The notes under the pieces: model-generated
Database searches by the model: none
What the model was told of the DNA's origin: nothing
The model's input: only the letters and a program-made list of their open reading frames with translations
In this document: piece after piece, positions 25,421 to 37,109 of the stretch
Position numbering within the stretch: the first letter of the stretch is position 1
Layout of the letters: the number at the start of each line of letters is the position of its first letter
Source: Podarcis tiliguerta
Lineage: Eukaryota
Length of the DNA: 64,000 bases
Strand: one strand, 5' to 3'
NCBI GenBank assembly: GCA_965153285.1
Contig: OZ229111.1
Position numbers and translations under genes: made by a program

Positions 25421-25920
25421 CCCAGTACACCTGAAATTTGTGCATTAATGCAAATCTGAAACTACTGAGTTTCTAGACACATACCAATAGCTTTCTGGGC
25501 ATTTTTATAATTAAAACATCAACACCTTTATAGCTCTGTAGATGGAAGACTGAGAACCCTGAGCCCTTCTCAACCCATCTCATCTCACCTTTCACTCCTT
25601 TGGCAGCTGCTTCTTCTTCCTTTCCTCTTAACCAGACTGCTCTATATGGCTCTCAGATTTCTACATCCAGTATCAGAGCATTTATGTATGGGATAGTCTA
25701 CGTGAAATTGCCGGTCAAGAGTTCTGACTGGGTTGTGATTCTGCAGCATGCAATGCAAGATCTATACTCTCATATTTTTGATTAAATAAATATTTTTGAT
25801 TAAAGTGGGAATTTTTAAAGAGTTTTTAATTTATTCATTTGGGAATTCATTCCCATCTTATCCCAAGGACTTGAGATAATTATATTTTCCTTTGAGTCCG
25901 ACAAAACTATCTTTTACTAA

Positions 25921-26229
25921 AGGTGTGGGAAATCTTTGGCCCTCCAGATGTTGCTGAACTACAAATCCAATAAGCCCCAGCAAGCATGGCCAGTGGTCAA
26001 GGATGATGGGAGATGTAGTTGATCAACATTTGGAGGGCCAAAGGTTCCCCATACCTAACCTACTGTAATATTTAATGCCATCCTCAGTTATCCCTTCAGC
26101 GAGGGGGAATCTCTGGTCTTCCAGATAGGACTGCAGCTGCCATCAGCCCCAGCCAGCATAACCAATGGTCAGGGATGATAGGTGTTGTAGTCCAGTAGCA
26201 GCTGGGGGACCACAGGCTCTCCATCCCTG
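25921..26229. mobile_element. Two adjacent copies of a ~135-bp palindromic hAT-like MITE
   Basis: ggccctccagatgttgctgaactaca...tgtagtt...ggagggcca occurs twice. Other copies at about 15250-15350, 20865-20972, 28372-28498, 43231-43347 and 45092-45222. Confidence 0.78.
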
Positions 26230-27060
26230 ATCTAGAGCATGTGCCCTATTTGCCCAGCTAGCTTGCCAACCTGTGTATTCATGACAATCCTCATTTTTAG
26301 TTCATGGAGCACCTAATATGGCAAAAACATATGGTAGCAAAATTAATAATAGTCAATCAGTGTCATAAATAAATGCTTGTTTTTGAGAAACGGAAAAGCA
26401 AAGCAAACTGGTGATGTGGAGTGAAGCTTGGACGGGAAATGGCTTTTGCAAAAGGGTGTCAGCATTAGAGGTTTTCATTCTCCTCCTTCGCAAATAACTG
26501 ATTGTGCCCATTCTTCCAGCACTGCCCTTAGTATACTTGGGCAGTTCTGCAAAATGGAATAGGACAAGTTCGATGAAAGCATTAAAGTTTAAAACATTTC
26601 AAAGAAACATCTTTTACCCTGGGAAGCAGAGGGTTAAATAGTAACCTTTTCAATGACCCTGCCTCTGTTTTCTCCACATTTTCCTCTTGCTCAGACTGAA
26701 GCCAAGCTTTGGCAGGGATATCCTTTCCATTAGCGTTTAAAAGACCGAGCTCTGCAATTAATTTCCCTCATTCTATTGTCTCAAAAATGTTGGTCAACTG
26801 AGAGAATAATTAACCTTCTGGACTCGATTTCCAGCACACGCTGCAGGGCTGAGCGGCACGCCGGACTGAGGCAGGCGGACTCTAGGCCTGGCTTTCATTA
26901 TGAAGGAAGTGGGACTTAATGGCATGTCAGTTGGAACCTTCTCCTGGGCAAATGCATGCACGTGCGCGCACACACACACCCCCCCCTTTCTGACCACATT
27001 CTTGCACATGAATAGGATCTTGCAACCAACTTTGTCATGCGTGTGTTCGTGTATGCGTGA

Positions 27061-27094
<34 letters not shown>

Positions 27095-27097
27095 ACA
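27061..27097. repeat. (CA)n microsatellite
   Basis: Seen directly. Confidence 0.95.
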
Positions 27098-27116
27098 AAG
27101 CTCCAAAGTACATTAA

Positions 27117-27136
27117 AGGTAAAGGAACCCCTGACC
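27117..27136 (-). mobile_element. 20-bp extreme 3' end of a Sauria SINE-type element with 14-bp TSD
   Basis: aggtaaaggaacccctgacc matches the tail at 55591-55610 with one mismatch. Flanked by ccaaagtacattaa at 27103-27116 and 27137-27150. Confidence 0.85.
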
Positions 27137-28514
27137 CCAAAGTACATTAACTTTTGTAAATCCCTTCATTCACTTTCTTCGGCTTGCAGGTATACATTTA
27201 TCCATTTACTTATGCACAACTTATTTTTTTAAAAATTCCCATCTACACTCACACGTTGTTCTTATCAATGCACATTCACTCACTACTATGCTGACACTAC
27301 CAATTTCCCATACACACATCATTTCAAGTCTTTCTCACATTGGCATTAAGAAAAGCCCCTGTTGTGAGCACACATACTAAGTGACTGTAGGTTTGTGATG
27401 TTCACACACAAATATGCCCACCAGTGGTGGCTGATGCCCACTGGGGCTGCTGGGGCAGAAAGCAGTGAGGCTAACAGTAGTTGGAGCCAGAGCCAAATCA
27501 CTGGCAGAACCAAATAATTCTAGTTTTGTCTCCATCCTCTTTCCTGTTGAGTTTTACAAAGCCAACACAGAGGAGGAGGAGGAGGAGGAAAGTAAGTAAG
27601 AAGGCAGGCAAGCAGGTAGGGGCTGGCTGAAGATAGACTGGGGTTGGTGGGGCAGTGCTTCATTTGCACTAATGGACCAGCTTCTACTGATACCCATCAA
27701 ACTATGGGTGACTTCAAGTGTTGGCAACTGGCTTTTATAATGGAAATCCACTTGTTTAATGGGATCTCCAGTTTCTCTTCTCCCCATCCAGCCCCCTGCA
27801 TGCCCCCCCCCCGAAATCTACTCCAAAAGGTCTTCCAACTCTCTGAAGCAGATTTTGGGGCTATGTGGGGGGGGCTTCAGTGGGGGGAAAAGAAGGAGAT
27901 TGCATCTCAACCAACAGCCTCAAAGTATCTCTGTACATTGGTTATACTTTGCCAACAGCAAGACCTGTTGTTGTGTATTGTGCATTCATTAGTGATCCTC
28001 AATGAACCCAGAATCCTTAAAATTGGACAAATAACATATCTTTGCTTGCTAACATACTTTACTGCAGCCTGACCCAAAGATGTGGCAGTGGTATCAAATG
28101 CTATCCTATAGCTAATAGTAAAGCAAACAATAACCTAACTACCTTCCTAACTCTTTTAAGTAAGGTCACCACGATGGATTGGAGCTACAGGCAGGCTGGA
28201 CTATGGCCAGTACTATAAGGTGGTAAGAAGCAAGTTGCTGTGCCAGAGAGTCATTGTGTATGATCCTGCATGACTCTTTTATCTTCCAATACTTTCCATT
28301 CCTTTAAAATATATTTTGTACTTAGTTTTCTTTCTCCTCTGGGATGCATTTGCTTGCTTGCTTGCCTGTTTCAGGGATGAGGAGGCTATGGCCCTCTAGA
28401 CTTCAACTCCCCAAAGCCTCAGCCAGCATGGCCCATGGTCAAGGATGGTGGGAATTATAATCCAGCAACATCTGGAGGGCTACAGGTTGACCACCTCTGT
28501 CTTTTTAAGAAAAT

Positions 28515-28710
28515 ATTTTATTTCCAAACCATCTTTCATCCAAGAAGCTTGAAGTGGGTCACATGGACATCCCTTCTCATTTTTATCCTCCACTGCAATT
28601 CTATAAGGTATGGTAGACTAGCCTAAGGTCACCCAGTGGGCTTCATAGCTGAGTGGGGATACGAACCTGGAGCTCTCCACTCTTAGGCCACTGCTCTAAC
28701 AACTACAGGC
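28515..28710 (-). mobile_element. MIR/CORE-type SINE remnant
   Basis: cattttatcctc...gcctaaggtcacccagtgggcttcatagctgagtggggatacgaacctgg. Similar remnants at 47025-47225 (-), 47625-47740 (+) and 63720-63870 (-). Confidence 0.7.
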
Positions 28711-31700
28711 GTTGTGGAGGAAGGTGGGCATCAGGACAATAAAACTGGTGCAGATAACAAAGCAAACAGAGTATGGCAGAGGGGGTTCTTGCCCTGTTTG
28801 GCTGTTGTTTTTCACCCCATACAACTCAATAATAAATCACAGGAACTTGGGGACGTATGCCTGTTGTGCATGCAAACCTGCCCTCAGTTCTAAACACCCA
28901 GTGCCATTTCTCTTTCTGCATAGCTAACTAGCTAACTAACTAACTCAGAACAGCCAGTTGAATTTGTTGACACATCTCAGAAAGATTGCTCCGATAAATG
29001 TACTGAATCTAAAACAAAGGCTGAGAGCATGAAATCCCTAACAGGGGTTTAGATCAAAGATAACATAATAGTACACAGAGCACTCAGAGATGTTGGGAGC
29101 CCTTCCAAAACCATGTAACGTTCATATTCGTCAGTGCTGCAGACAGCATTCAGGGGGCTGAAGCAGCTGACAAGATCTCGATTCCTGGATCTGTTCTGGT
29201 CTTCCGTACCATAACCCTACATTGTTTCCAGTACCATGTCAGTGCCCTGCTTTGATACCACAATACCATGGCCTCAGCTTAAGCACAGTCACATATATCT
29301 AGGAATGAAATCTAAAGGACACGTGCTGGTAAATAGTAGGAAACGTCCCTTTGCTCTCCCTACCCATGCATACTAGTGGTCTGTTGTAATGCTGCTTGCT
29401 TGAGTCTTTTGCCTCTGCCATGATTCTTTGTAAAGTGAGATTAGTTATGGAGGAGGAGAGAGAATGGTGTGTTTTGTGGAGACCCAAAGAGAATGGTGAA
29501 TCTTTGTGGGAAGCAGGGATGAAAAATTGCTGGATAACCATGGTGGTCTTTAGGAGCTGTTTACAAGTTTATGCTGTCAGAGCACAAAAAGACTAGTTCT
29601 CATATGTGACAGCCATGGCTTGTTTGTGTTGGGAATAAGCTCTGCAAAAGGGGCACTGATTTGTTGCATCAGGCCCTTTGAGCCAAGAAGAGATTGTTTG
29701 TCCTCACCTGCCCTACTTTCACTGCAGTTTCTTCCATTCCCGAAGTGTGAGAATTCATGATCAAAATCTGAAGGTTCCAAGGTGAGAACTGGTATTTTCA
29801 AATGTAGAATTCAAGAGAAATTTTGCAGTTCTACCCTCAACCTATTTCACATTGTTTAGGATGTGCCCATCATTTAGGATCTGCAAATGACCTGGAGGAA
29901 AGTGATTAGGCTTGATGCATCATGCCTGTATTGCTCCAAAGAATGACAGAATGAGCTTGCCAAGTCCTCAGCTAGTGTTAATGTGTGTTGCCCGGCCAGT
30001 TCGACGGGAGTAACGCTGATTGGCACCACCAGAGAATCTGAGCCATGGTCTTAATTGATATCGTGCTTTGACTTTCTCAGCGCCAGCCATTTCTACTCTC
30101 TGGCATGTCAGTTCCATTTTACTGCCTTGGCTGCTCTGCAAGGCAATCAGAGCTGTTTGCTGGGAAGCATAGTACAGTCCCTATTTTATGCCAGAACACA
30201 AGGTGAGCTGTAATTTATTTAATGCTAACTAGTATTATATTTGACTTCTTGGATGACAAGTTTTCAGTATAATTGCCAAGCCCAGAGATGGGCTCTGTTT
30301 TAACCCAATATTTGAACATTTAGGGGAGGGGAGGTGTAATGGAAGCAGCAACCATAACATATAATAATCGAGGGGGGGTGCGCTTGGTTTCTTGAAACAA
30401 TATCACACAGCCAGATCTTAAACATCTTTTAAAGGGCTAGAGGCTTCCTCTGTTTATGCCCTGAAATCCTTTGGGCTGTCAGTGGTGGACAAACAAACTA
30501 GGGAAATGTACATATGAATGAATGGCTTTCCATGGAGAATATGCTGGTCAAGAAAGATATTTCTCTCCCCACAATCTACAGAGTATTGGACTCTCAATTT
30601 TTTCCTGTCCACTTCGTTTCACTTGGTGCTGGGAACTCAATGTTCCACTGGAAAACTTTGGAATTTTGCTATATTTGTATTAACAGTCAAGTCTTATGCC
30701 AATAAAGGTCAAAAAAAAAACAAAAAAAAACAGTCAAGCCCCTATTGTTCTTATTGTTTGTTTGTTTTAAAATGATACCTTGCAGAAAAATGTACTACAG
30801 GAAGTTTTGCCAGAAATTTAGAGCTGTATTAAGCACCAGCAGAGATGTTTGAAACATTTTAAAATACAAATAGTACTACATTTTGAGAAAGTGGTCATTG
30901 GATCATCATCATAGCCGATTCCACATAATGAGTAATAGAGCTAACAGAGAGACAGAGACAGAGAGGTGTTTGTGTGTTTATATATTGAAAGATAACGGCA
31001 CAGATACACCGTTGGGGTTTTACTAACTGTCTCAATGCAGTTCGATTTCCCTCCCTGTGTGAGCAGTCCTAACTTTGCTCTGGTACTTGTTTACATAGAG
31101 GAATGTGTGCTGTGTGAAGTAGGAGAACATGAATTTAGGTTTGAGTCAGATAATAGTTATTTAAAAGACGAGAATGTATTGTTGTCTGTGTTGCGTGTTT
31201 ACCCTTCTGTGTTGGGTGATCAGATTTTGTGATGTTTTAACAATCTGTATAATGTCTTCTTTTCTGACCAGAGATGACAGTAGGACAGAAATAAATAAAT
31301 ACAATGTGCAGAGAAGACCTGGCCATGAGACTTCATGAAAAAGTCTCACATGGATTTGGTTGCAGCATTTTTTTTCATCACAGTAAAATACTCTTCGGGA
31401 GCACATCACTTAAATAAGGTTTAGTATTTTTCTCTGGAACCAGCTTAAATTCTAAGGTAAAAGGTAGGATTACATATATACCCACAGGGCTCTGGCACTG
31501 GCAAGACAAACTGAGATGTTTAACTTCTCCCCTAGCTGGTGCAATATTGGGCTTTCAAACCCTACTCTTTGGCTTGCTATATTTTCAAACTGTGTTGAGT
31601 TTAGAAAAGTGAATTTCTGTTTTAGCCATCACAAACGTACAATGATGAATAGAACTGGCTTCGCATTAAAAATTATTTGGAAAGAAATAGGACATAAATT

Positions 31701-32409
31701 TAATTAACTGGAAAATTTCCCCTCCCCAACATGATAGATTCCAATATTTTCAAAATATTATAGGTTCATCCCCATTTTCATAATAAAATTTTGTTATAAT
31801 TTTTGAAGGGAGAGGAGTTAATAAAAAAAACCCCTACATTTTCTGCTTTCATAGAGGCTGGACAAAAATTCAGGCTATGGAGATAGTTTGCATATTATGG
31901 AATGCAGCAATGAAAATATCAATATTTTGACAAAGTACGAAGTGCACAGGGGATTTCTGACTAGCTCAGCTGAAAGCTTGAGCCAATGATTTTGCATGGT
32001 TTCTGAGCAGATATGGACAGTAACAAACTCTGATAAAAAAAATTAGAAAGTGTCACTGACATTGTCAACAGCACAGGCAAAGCAGAAGTACAGTTCATGA
32101 AGGATTTACAGCTTTGCTGTGGGTTGCATGCAGCCACCCAGCTCCACTGCCTGTACTTACTGCCTATATGACCCATTTGACTCTAAACACCATATTTCTC
32201 CCTTGATAATCTCTCTCAATTACTCAGGATGCTACTTCATATTCTTTCAGTTGGCACCTGAATATGGAAGCCGCTTTGTTCAGCTTGGCTCAGTTTGATC
32301 TACAAAATAGCAGTGTTGGCAATTAAAATATTTTTAAGTAGCTCTCTTTTTTTGCTTCTAACCAAAGATTATAGACAAAGGCTTTGATATTACATCCACA
32401 AGTGTCTTT

Positions 32410-32550
32410 ATTACCCTTGGGTGCATCTCATCAGGCCCTGGTGATTTGAATTCATTTAAAGTAGCTAGATGTTGCCACCTCTTTTCCTATCTTGGGATGC
32501 AGCTGCCTCCTTACATAATTTATTCTGTTATCACCAGGTTGGGCTGCTTT
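32410..32550 (-). mobile_element. CR1 LINE ORF2 fragment
   Basis: The minus strand encodes [19 protein letters not shown], the CR1 KSPGPDxxHPRVL motif. Confidence 0.8.
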
Positions 32551-34040
32551 TTCTCTGTCACCCAATAGGCAGCAATAACATTTAGGCTGAAGATCTTAAA
32601 TAATAAGAAATGGGAGTCAAACTATATGAAAGGGAATCTCTATTTTACTAAAAGAACACAGTTTAATCACACACACACAGAGAGAGACATACAGTGCATT
32701 GACCTAGCTGCCCTGCCCTTCAAAAGCATAATTTCCTGTGTGTCAGAAATACCATGAACCTGGAACTCTTATGGCATTCCAGAAATGGAATGGTTGAAGG
32801 CAATTCTTTGTATTGTCTACAGTGTTTCACATTAAATAACAGCAATGAGCACAATGGCAGTCAGCATATACCACATGGTATTAAAAATGTTATTAGCTTT
32901 AGTTTTTGCTGTGAACATAATGTTTTTGCTTATGGGGTGGGAAATCTCCTTTATTTTACATTGCAAAACAGGACTATACAGGATCATGTGGTGTTCCCAA
33001 TGTTCTTAAACTTATGCATCCTTTCTGCTTGGGCTGGCAGACAATCTGGGAAGTGGCAATGATGTGGTGGAGGGGCTAATTTTCTTCATTGCTGTTTTTC
33101 TGTGGCCTGAGTTTTCCTTTTCAATTACTTCCCCCTGCCTTTTCCCTCCCCCCTCAATATATTTGTTCGTTTGATGGTTTAGAAAGCACATACATATTGC
33201 AGTTTTGTCAGTTACATCCACCTTTTGAACACCCCACAAGCTAAAAACAGAAATTGTAATAAGCAAAAGTATTCATTCAAAAACAGAAACTCATTCTTGT
33301 CAAAATTCCCATCTATAAATATCTCCAGAAAGGACAGGAAAGTTTAGATTGGCTGTGTAGTGTGGGTGCCCTGCTGGAGTGCCAACCTTCAGCGGTACAA
33401 AAAGGAGTCTGGTTGCATGGGGATATATAACATCCTGTTGAGTGTTTAATAAAGTCAGCATTTGACACTGCAAGTACCTTGCTCTACCCAACAAGCACTA
33501 GTGCCAAGCAAAAGGCCACTGGAATGCTGAAGGAGTTTCAAACCGATTTGATTGGACTAGGTGTAGTGTATTCATTCCATAGCTTTGCCTTTTTCCAATA
33601 AGAGAGAAGTAATGTGGACCTACTTTGCATATATGCAGAATTCTCACATCCATTGAGGAGGAGGGATTTCCACACTGAGAAACTGAAGTATGCAGATACA
33701 GGGAAGACTATGAATTCCTGCAGAAGGGTTTAGTGGGCATACTTGAAATGCAGATCCTGGTTTTACCGTCTCTTCTAGCCATTTAGCACCTTAGACAACA
33801 TTGTCGTGTTGTTTATCGCAGGAGGCATTATGGGCAGCAATGTTGGTCTAGGAAACTTGTCTGTTTTCCAAAAAAGGCAGTGGGGTCATGTTTTAGCTGT
33901 TCTTGCTGCTGTCAATCCAAAGAAGTCAAAGGCTTAATGGTTAGTAGATATATGTGGTCCTGTGATTACTGAAGTGGTCCTGTGAACTGAAGTGGTCCAC
34001 TTCTGATAGATTCAGGGCTTGTCCAAGCTGAAGCAAACTA

Positions 34041-34279
34041 CAGTGGTACCTCGGGTTATATACGCTTCAGGTTACATACACTTCAGGTTACAGACTCTGC
34101 TAACCCAGAAATATTACCTCAGGTTAAGAACTTTGCTTCAGGATGAGAATAGAAATTGTGTTCCGGCGGCGCGGCAGCAGCGGGAGGCCCCATTAGCTAA
34201 AGTGGTGCTTCAGGTTAAGAACAGTTTCAGGTTAAGAACGGACCTCCAGAACGAATTAAGTACTTAACCTGAGGTACTG
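34041..34279. mobile_element. Same MITE family, damaged right TIR
   Basis: Near-identical to 46729-46960; ends aacctgaggtactg. Confidence 0.88.
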
Positions 34280-34749
34280 CAAACAGTGTATCTGCAGAAA
34301 ATTAAGCATTTCTCCCCAAACTTACAACATAAAGAAAATAAAAGGGTTGGAGGGGAGGGTGAGCTTGTTTGTGACTCACAGGACTAGCTTCTAATTAGAA
34401 GGGATGACTTGATCAGGGCTGTTGAGTCACAGTACTTTGAGGTAGGGATGTTAAAGTAAAGTGTTGTTCTTGTTCTTATGTGTTTGATACTCCTTGCTGC
34501 ATGTGCTCATTGTGGTGGCTTGGAAAATGCAGGACCTTTCAAGCCTTCTGCTTCTGCATTACATGCCCATCCACTTTCAAATCAGTTTTGTGCTTCTTTT
34601 TGCTGACTTTTGGTGCCAATTGAGCAGAACATAAACCTGAAGCTGTGAGATTTTTTTCTTTTCTTTCATTCATCATAATTCCCTGGCCCCTGAACCCACC
34701 CTTCTTGAACTTTTTCAGGTTACTTTCCCAGGGGTACCTGTACTGTGTA

Positions 34750-35640
34750 CTCGTCCAATTCACACAAGAGATTGATTTGTTGGACATCCCTATGCCATTA
34801 CATAATGGGCATATAAGAACCACCTTTTAGAGGAAACTGACTACTGCACATACTCACATGATTCCAGCTTACGTCACAAAACCATTGTCTACAGCCAAGC
34901 CCTGTGATACAGATGCATCTGTTCAGACTCATTGGATAGAGAGTCACAACTTAAGCATTTCCATCAGGCATTCTTCAAACTGCAACAACAGCCCAATGAA
35001 CAAAGAAAAAAGATCCATAAGGCTGGATTGGTAGCACCAACAATCTACAGGGCATACCTAGAACAGAACATGATAGAACACCATTCACTGCCAGCTGAAA
35101 CCATTCAAATGTATCATCTACTAACTACAGTCCATCCCGTGACTGTCCCCTTTCACAGGCCTTGAGTAGTAGACCTGTACTTGCTTATAGATAGCGCATT
35201 CTAACCTGAAACAGCTACTCACCAGCAACAACAGGCCACATTACAGAAATATGGATGCAGGAAGCAACCCATGTGGGGGGCCCAGATAGCAACTCTATCC
35301 CCATGTGTATTCTGGCTGCACTGTTACTGGACCTAATAATGTCAGGAGGTTCTAGCAAGGGAGCACAGCTATCATATACCCTTGACCAAAGAACGGTACA
35401 CTCCTCCTATCTGGGATGGTCTTCCTCTTCCTCCAAGTGCACAGCTTCGGGAGGGATGCACATGGAGAGGTGAAGGAGGAAAGGGACACCCTCCTAGCCA
35501 GCCAGATCAGCCGAATCAACCCTGGCGATCAATGGGGCGACAGATATTGCAGCCAGATCGCCCTCACATCCTGGACCTAATAATGTCATCAACAACATGA
35601 GGCATTCATTCACCTGCACATTTTCCCATGCAATGTGCAA
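34750..35640 (+). mobile_element. Degenerate Penelope-like retroelement fragment (RT C-terminus, thumb, linker toward GIY-YIG), interrupted by the 7SK retrocopy
   Basis: Translations EIDLLDI..HNGHIRTTF*RK, TIVYSQAL*YRCICSDSLDRESQLKHFHQAFFKLQ, NLKQLLTSN and TGPNNV..HSFTCT resemble the Penelope motifs FLD..TTLYRKPT, SIVYSQALRYxRICS, PNLKxxL and GSFTC. Confidence 0.82.
35345..35571 (-). pseudogene. RN7SK: 7SK snRNA retropseudogene, 5' ~227 nt only (3'-truncated, no poly-A tail)
   Basis: The reverse complement reads GGATGTGAGGGCGATCTGGCTGC...GATCGCCAGGGTTGATTCGGCTGATCTGGCTGGCTAGG...GGTCAAGGGTATA...GCTAGAACCTCC, colinear with vertebrate 7SK from nt 1. Flanked by the direct repeat ctggacctaataatgtca (35327-35344 and 35571-35588). 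Confidence 0.95.
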
Positions 35641-37109
35641 TGTCACAAGTGGCATTTTCCAAACCAAAGCAAAGCAAAAGTTAACATTAAGATGCAGATC
35701 TCTGTCCCAAGAAGCTTAAAATCTAAAAATTGACATTAGGGGAAACTGCAAATAAAAGAAGGGAAGGGTCAGGATAACAAGAGATGATGGGATCAGCAGT
35801 GTCAGGGGGTTTCTCAGAACGTTTCCTGGTCAGTGTGTGTATGTACATCACACATACACACTCATACTGCCTATGTGCCTCTTGGCAGGAGCTAATCTTC
35901 ATGTTAGCATCTGCTGGCAGCTCCATGTGAAGCTGACACCTGTCACAGAGCTATCAGTGGCAGCTTCCTAAACAGGCCTCTCCTTAAACCCTTTCAGCTT
36001 TATGGCAAATGAAATGAGGCCTCCCTCGCTTATCTCCCAGCTCTGGTGAAGGGGGAGGGGAATTTGAGGTGTGGGAAGGTGGCCTTATCATATGGAGTGA
36101 CAAACAGCATTGACTAAACAAGCTACTGGGATGAGGACGAGGGGTGGGGGATTGAGCTGGGGACTAAATAAGGAAATCCCCCCAGCAGCTCACCCCTCCC
36201 CCAAGTCTGAGTCCATGGCAGACCTCCACCTTGCAATCTACAAAATCATTTCCTCTCATATGCTGGGCAGGTTCTTCTTCACCTGCTGGTTCACATTCCA
36301 ATTTAAGCCGTCCTATATTTCCCTTTCCGTTTCCTCAGCACAGAATAGCCTCTTCTTGTCCCATTGTTCCCCATTCTTCTCTCATATGCTCAATTTTTGG
36401 TTGCAGGACACCTTTTCTATCTTGTTCCTGTGTTGATAAACCTTTCCTGCCTATGCTAGTTGGTGTCAGGCCATTAGCACTGTTAATTGCTCACCAGTGG
36501 TTTTGTCCTGTTCCCCGAATTAATTACTAGGCCATTTCAAATTAAAGCTAGTTCTCATCACATTCTGCCAAAAACTGAGCTGTAGAATCCTCCCATTCCA
36601 GCACCTAGCAAAATGTGACCCAGGCCTAATCGGAATCTTCTTTGTGCTCCTGAAATGCTCTAAAGGTTTGAGGAGCAACGCTTTGATTTTTCTTCTGTTA
36701 AAGATGCTTTTCCTTCTGTGACTCTACAGCATTGTTCTCCATTCAGTTTCTATAAATCCCTCATCCTCTTCAGTGTGCTTTGGTAAGTGCCGTTCCAGCT
36801 AAAAGGAGCAGAATATGTAGCTACGATTACTCTTTAAGGGTTACCCCACAAAGTATTGGTGTGTAGCTGAAGGGTAGTTTTCATGCATCATTACATTTCC
36901 TAAGGAGATACTGTGCTCCCACAGACAGCCAAGAGGAAAAGCTGGTTTAGGAAATGTGCAAAAGTTTGGAAGGATTTGGTGTGCATGTAGACCAGAGATG
37001 CTGGTGAAGATCTCCAAGCTTTTTTACAAAAAAAGATGGCAAGGGTTTCCCATTTCCCATTGAGAATGGCACACATGCACAACGTGCTTTTTGTGAGCCC
37101 AGGTACAGT

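Noticed and set aside
33955-33998. Short direct repeats (gtggtcctgtga...actgaa) and the similar array at 42815-42890, as CRISPR-like or functional arrays
   Set aside because: Two to three copies without unique spacers in vertebrate DNA; ordinary slippage duplications.
35345-35571. The functional 7SK gene
   Set aside because: It lacks the 3' ~100 nt and the T-run terminator, and is flanked by a TSD inside a retroelement instead of a PSE/TATA promoter.
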